This document shows positions 60,501-64,000 of a DNA stretch of 64,000 bases, one piece after another. Source of the stretch: an uncultured bacterium (GTDB taxonomy: Bacteria > Fidelibacterota > UBA2242); assembly GCA_964605705.1 (NCBI GenBank), contig CAZSDW010000010.1, positions 28,879 to 92,878 on the forward strand. Reading direction: 5' to 3'. Under the pieces are notes generated by a model. That model saw only the letters and a list, made by a program, of their open reading frames with translations, did no database searches and was not told the DNA's origin. Each line of letters starts with the position of its first letter. The first letter of the stretch is position 1. The position numbers and the translations under genes were made by a program.

Positions 60501-63500
60501 ATGAATTCAAAAACAAAAATATTGCTGATTGAGGATAATCCCGGTGATACCCGTTTAGTCAGGGAATATCTTTTTGAAGGCGATGTAGCGCTTTATGATT
60601 TCAACCATGCCGAGAGTTTACAATCAGGATTGACTTTACTGAACAACAAAAAAGTTGATGTCATCCTGCTGGATTTATCCCTGCCGGACAGCAGCGGCAT
60701 CGACACCTATCGGAATCTCCAGGAGAAAGCTGGCGGCGTACCTACCATTATTCTCACCGGAAATGATGACGATGAATTAGCCCGCCAGGCGGTTCATCTG
60801 GGCGCCCAGGATTACCTGGTCAAAAACAGAATCGACGGGACAATTCTCAACCGGGTCATCACCTATGCGATTGAACGAAATTATCTGAATGCAGAATTTA
60901 AAAAAGTCAACCGCACATTAAAAGTACTGAGCAAAGTCAACCGTACAGTCATTCGTAGTGATAATGAATTCCAATTGATCAAACAAATCTGTGACGCCAC
61001 TGTGAATCTGGGTAATTACCCATTGGTCTGGGTCGGTTACCTGAATCGGGATAACGGAAAAATCACCAATGTCGGGCACTCGGGCACCCGCACAGATTTT
61101 GATGATATTATTAAAATTGCATGCAACAATTCCAACATGGTAGAATGCCCGATCTGCCAAACAATCGAAAAAAATTCGGTGCTTGTAATTCAGGATATTC
61201 AAGACAGCGATCTGGGTCAATTAAAACAAAAGACGGAAAAACTGGGGCTGAAATCATTAATCATATTTCCCCTGAAAATCAACCGCGAACTGAATGCCGC
61301 TATCAGTATCTATTCCGATGAAATTGACGGATTCAATCCCAATGAAATCGACCTGCTGACCGAGCTGGCGGGCGATCTGGCTTACGGTATCCGCTCCATC
61401 CGGACCAACCAGGAAAAGATCCAGGCTCAGAAAGCACTGATCGAAAATGAACGTAAATTCCGGCTTCTGGCGGAAAACTCAATCGACGTTGTCTGGCAGA
61501 TGGATTCGCGGCTCCGGTTCACGTATGCCAGCCCTTCTATTTATGAGATGTCTGGTTTTACGCCCGAAGAATGGATCGGAACCAGGCTATCACAACATGC
61601 GACCTGGAAAGAATATTTTCAGATGGCACGCAAGGCGATCAAGGCATTTAAAAATTATAAAACATTCAAGCACATTACATTTGAAGCCCGCATGCTGCGC
61701 AAAGACGGTACGGAATTCCCGGTCGAAATATCCAGCAAACTCATATTTAACAACAACGGTTTTCCGATTGGTTTGCAGGGAACAACCCGGGACATCACAG
61801 ACCGAAAAATCGCCGAGGAAAAAATCAAGTTAAACCAGGAGCGACTGGAAAGCCTGCTGCGAATCAACCAGTTTGAATCGGAAAACACTCAGGAACTGCT
61901 GGATTATGCGCTTGAGGAAGCCCTGAAACTGACGGAAAGCAAAATCGGTTATATTTATCATTACTCCGAAAAAGACCAGCAGTTTACCCTGAATACCTGG
62001 TCCGCTGGGGTGATGACAGCCTGTTCTATTAAGAATCCACCGACGGTTTATCATCTGGAAAAAACCGGTGTCTGGGGTGAGACCGTCCGGCAGCGGAAGC
62101 CCATCATTTTAAATGATTTCCAGGCGCCCCACCCCCTGAAAAAGGGAACTCCCGAAGGTCATGCAAAATTATATAATTTTATGACCATTCCGGTCATTCA
62201 GGACAAACAGGTCATTGCAGTCATCGGAGTTGCCAACAAGCCAATCGATTATGATGACGACGATGTGATGCAATTGACCCTGCTGATGGATTCCGTCTGG
62301 AAAATGGTCATCCGCAAAGCGTCCGAGAAAGCCCTTCAGGACAGTGAAAAGCGCTACAGAAGTTATATCGATAATGCGCCGGATGGAATTTTCATTGCCA
62401 ATCAAAATGGCGAATATCTTGAAGTAAACCACGCCGCCTGTAAAACAACCGGATATACGGAAGCCGAATTATTGACCCAATCCATCACCGACCAGATACC
62501 ACCGGACTTTCGGGAAGAAGCGACCGAGTTATTGAAAAATCTGGTTGCGGAAGGCAGTACAACTATTGAAATCCCATTCCTGAAAAAAAACGGATCACAA
62601 GGGTACTGGATTGTTGAAATTGTCAAACTGTCGGATAACCGGTTTCTGGGATTGACCAAAGATATAACGGCTCAAAAACTCGCTGAAGATAAACAGGAAA
62701 ATCTTCAGAAGCAGCTCTCCCAATCCCAGAAAATGGAAGCCGTCGGTCAGCTGGCGGGGGGCGTCGCTCACGACTTTAACAACCTGCTGACGATTATTTC
62801 CGGCAATGCTGATCTGATGCTAATGAATTGTCCCAAGGAGGATAATTTTATCTCAAACCTGGAACAGATCAAAAAAGCCTCAGAAAGGGCAGCGGCGCTG
62901 ACCCGGCAGCTGCTGGCTTTCAGCCGCAAGCAGATTATTCAACCGAAAATTACCGACCTCAATATCCTGGTTTCGAACATGAAAAAAATGCTGCAACGGC
63001 TGATCGGAGAGGATATGAACCTGGTGACCCGGCTGTCAGATAACCTCCCCACGATGAAGGCAGACGAGGGACAGATTGAACAAACCCTGATGAACCTGGT
63101 TGTGAATGCCCGGGATGCCATGCCGGATGGTGGCAAAATACATGTTCAAACCGATTTGAGATTTGTCGAAAAGCCCGACAGCAGGTTCATGCCAGATGCG
63201 GAACCCGGCGAGTACCTGCACCTGTCAGTGACTGACACGGGCACAGGAATAGCCCCGAATTACATGGAACATATTTTTGAACCGTTTTTTACGACGAAAG
63301 AATCGGGAAAGGGTACCGGTTTGGGACTGGCGGTTATCTATGGCATTATCAAACAGCACAACGGCTGGATCGATGTGGAAAGTGAACCGGGTGCCGGAAG
63401 CACATTTCATGTTTATCTGCCTGTCTGCAAGGAAGCAACCGAAGCGATAACGCCGGAAAAGAGCCAAACCCGGACAACTGCAAATCGCAGCGCGAAAATT

Positions 63501-63854
63501 CTCATTCTGGAAGATGATACCGCCGTGCGTGAACTGACCAAAGCCATGCTTGCAAATCACGGCTTTACGATTATTGATTCCGGTTCCTGCACTGAGGCAC
63601 ATAAAATATTCCTGAAAGAACACGAATCCATTGATCTGGTGATCAGTGATGTTGTTCTTCCCGATGGTTCCGGCTTGAATTTCATTAATACCCTGTCAAA
63701 TATCAAACCCGACGTAAAAATCCTGATGACCAGCGGTTATCTTGACGACAAATCACAGTTCAAAGATATCACTGACAAGGGGTATCACTTCATCCAGAAA
63801 CCTTATATCTATGATAATTTTATTCAATTGGTCAGTCGATTAGTTGAAACGTAA
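60501..63854 (+). CDS. hybrid sensor kinase REC-GAF-PAS-GAF-PAS-HisKA-HATPase-REC
   Basis: N-terminal LDLSLPDS REC; two GAF-like segments; AHDFNNLL H-box; NARDAM, DTGTG, FFTTK, GTGLGL; C-terminal SDVVLP REC. Confidence 0.92.
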   Translation: MNSKTKILLIEDNPGDTRLVREYLFEGDVALYDFNHAESLQSGLTLLNNKKVDVILLDLSLPDSSGIDTYRNLQEKAGGVPTIILTGNDDDELARQAVHLGAQDYLVKNRIDGTILNRVITYAIERNYLNAEFKKVNRTLKVLSKVNRTVIRSDNEFQLIKQICDATVNLGNYPLVWVGYLNRDNGKITNVGHSGTRTDFDDIIKIACNNSNMVECPICQTIEKNSVLVIQDIQDSDLGQLKQKTEKLGLKSLIIFPLKINRELNAAISIYSDEIDGFNPNEIDLLTELAGDLAYGIRSIRTNQEKIQAQKALIENERKFRLLAENSIDVVWQMDSRLRFTYASPSIYEMSGFTPEEWIGTRLSQHATWKEYFQMARKAIKAFKNYKTFKHITFEARMLRKDGTEFPVEISSKLIFNNNGFPIGLQGTTRDITDRKIAEEKIKLNQERLESLLRINQFESENTQELLDYALEEALKLTESKIGYIYHYSEKDQQFTLNTWSAGVMTACSIKNPPTVYHLEKTGVWGETVRQRKPIILNDFQAPHPLKKGTPEGHAKLYNFMTIPVIQDKQVIAVIGVANKPIDYDDDDVMQLTLLMDSVWKMVIRKASEKALQDSEKRYRSYIDNAPDGIFIANQNGEYLEVNHAACKTTGYTEAELLTQSITDQIPPDFREEATELLKNLVAEGSTTIEIPFLKKNGSQGYWIVEIVKLSDNRFLGLTKDITAQKLAEDKQENLQKQLSQSQKMEAVGQLAGGVAHDFNNLLTIISGNADLMLMNCPKEDNFISNLEQIKKASERAAALTRQLLAFSRKQIIQPKITDLNILVSNMKKMLQRLIGEDMNLVTRLSDNLPTMKADEGQIEQTLMNLVVNARDAMPDGGKIHVQTDLRFVEKPDSRFMPDAEPGEYLHLSVTDTGTGIAPNYMEHIFEPFFTTKESGKGTGLGLAVIYGIIKQHNGWIDVESEPGAGSTFHVYLPVCKEATEAITPEKSQTRTTANRSAKILILEDDTAVRELTKAMLANHGFTIIDSGSCTEAHKIFLKEHESIDLVISDVVLPDGSGLNFINTLSNIKPDVKILMTSGYLDDKSQFKDITDKGYHFIQKPYIYDNFIQLVSRLVET

Positions 63855-63901
63855 TCCGCCAGATCATATTCTATCACGTTCAATTTGAGGGGATTGATTT
63901 T

Positions 63902-64000
63902 ATGAAAAATATACTGCTGATCGAAGATAATTTGGGCGATGTCCGGCTGACTACGGAATTACTGAGAGAAGCTGCCCCTCAGGATTTTTCTATCAGTACT
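63902..64000 (+). CDS. response regulator receiver domain, partial (runs off window)
   Basis: MKNILLIEDNLGDVRLTTELL...; ATG at 63902 after GAGGG. Confidence 0.75.
   Translation, partial: MKNILLIEDNLGDVRLTTELLREAAPQDFSIST

Noticed and set aside
1-64000. rRNA, tRNA, transposase, integrase or prophage genes
   Set aside because: None recognised by eye on either strand; a tRNAscan/Infernal run would be needed to exclude small RNAs fully

Overview
Bacterial chromosomal segment, apparently from an FCB-group organism outside the classic Bacteroidota (inference: YPNPFNP-type C-terminal sorting domain, DUF4835, DUF2723, E-DUF2764-A-B-D-I-K V-type ATPase order; Marinimicrobia/KSB1/Calditrichota-like). 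Positions 1-38.7 kb are mostly housekeeping: asparaginase-like gene, ade, rarA, MBL/beta-CASP nuclease, V-type ATPase with a Na+-type rotor signature, fabF, B12 radical SAM, GT2, DUF2723, recG, valS, K+ channel with a stand-alone cNMP-binding protein, plsC and patatin. Two small toxin-antitoxin-like islets are embedded: twin AbrB genes with a degenerate Doc, and an AbiEi/AbiEii pair with a frameshifted toxin. A helically phased TCGC array (17717-17844) sits next to a 5'-truncated secreted-protein gene. From 38983 to the window end is a >25 kb signal-transduction island with about 36 PAS domains. Its most striking feature is a twice-repeated arrangement: a kinase-less PAS array ending in a GRExRMIELK tail, followed by a histidine kinase carrying an ATLN(I/M)(L/M)(E/Q)D coiled-coil motif. 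The island also holds an orphan CheB-CheR fusion, a 99-bp inverted repeat pair bracketing the cheBR+kinase cassette, and four 7-2-7 AACYGTT palindromes next to a NarL-family regulator. I found no rRNA, tRNA, CRISPR array, transposase or integrase.
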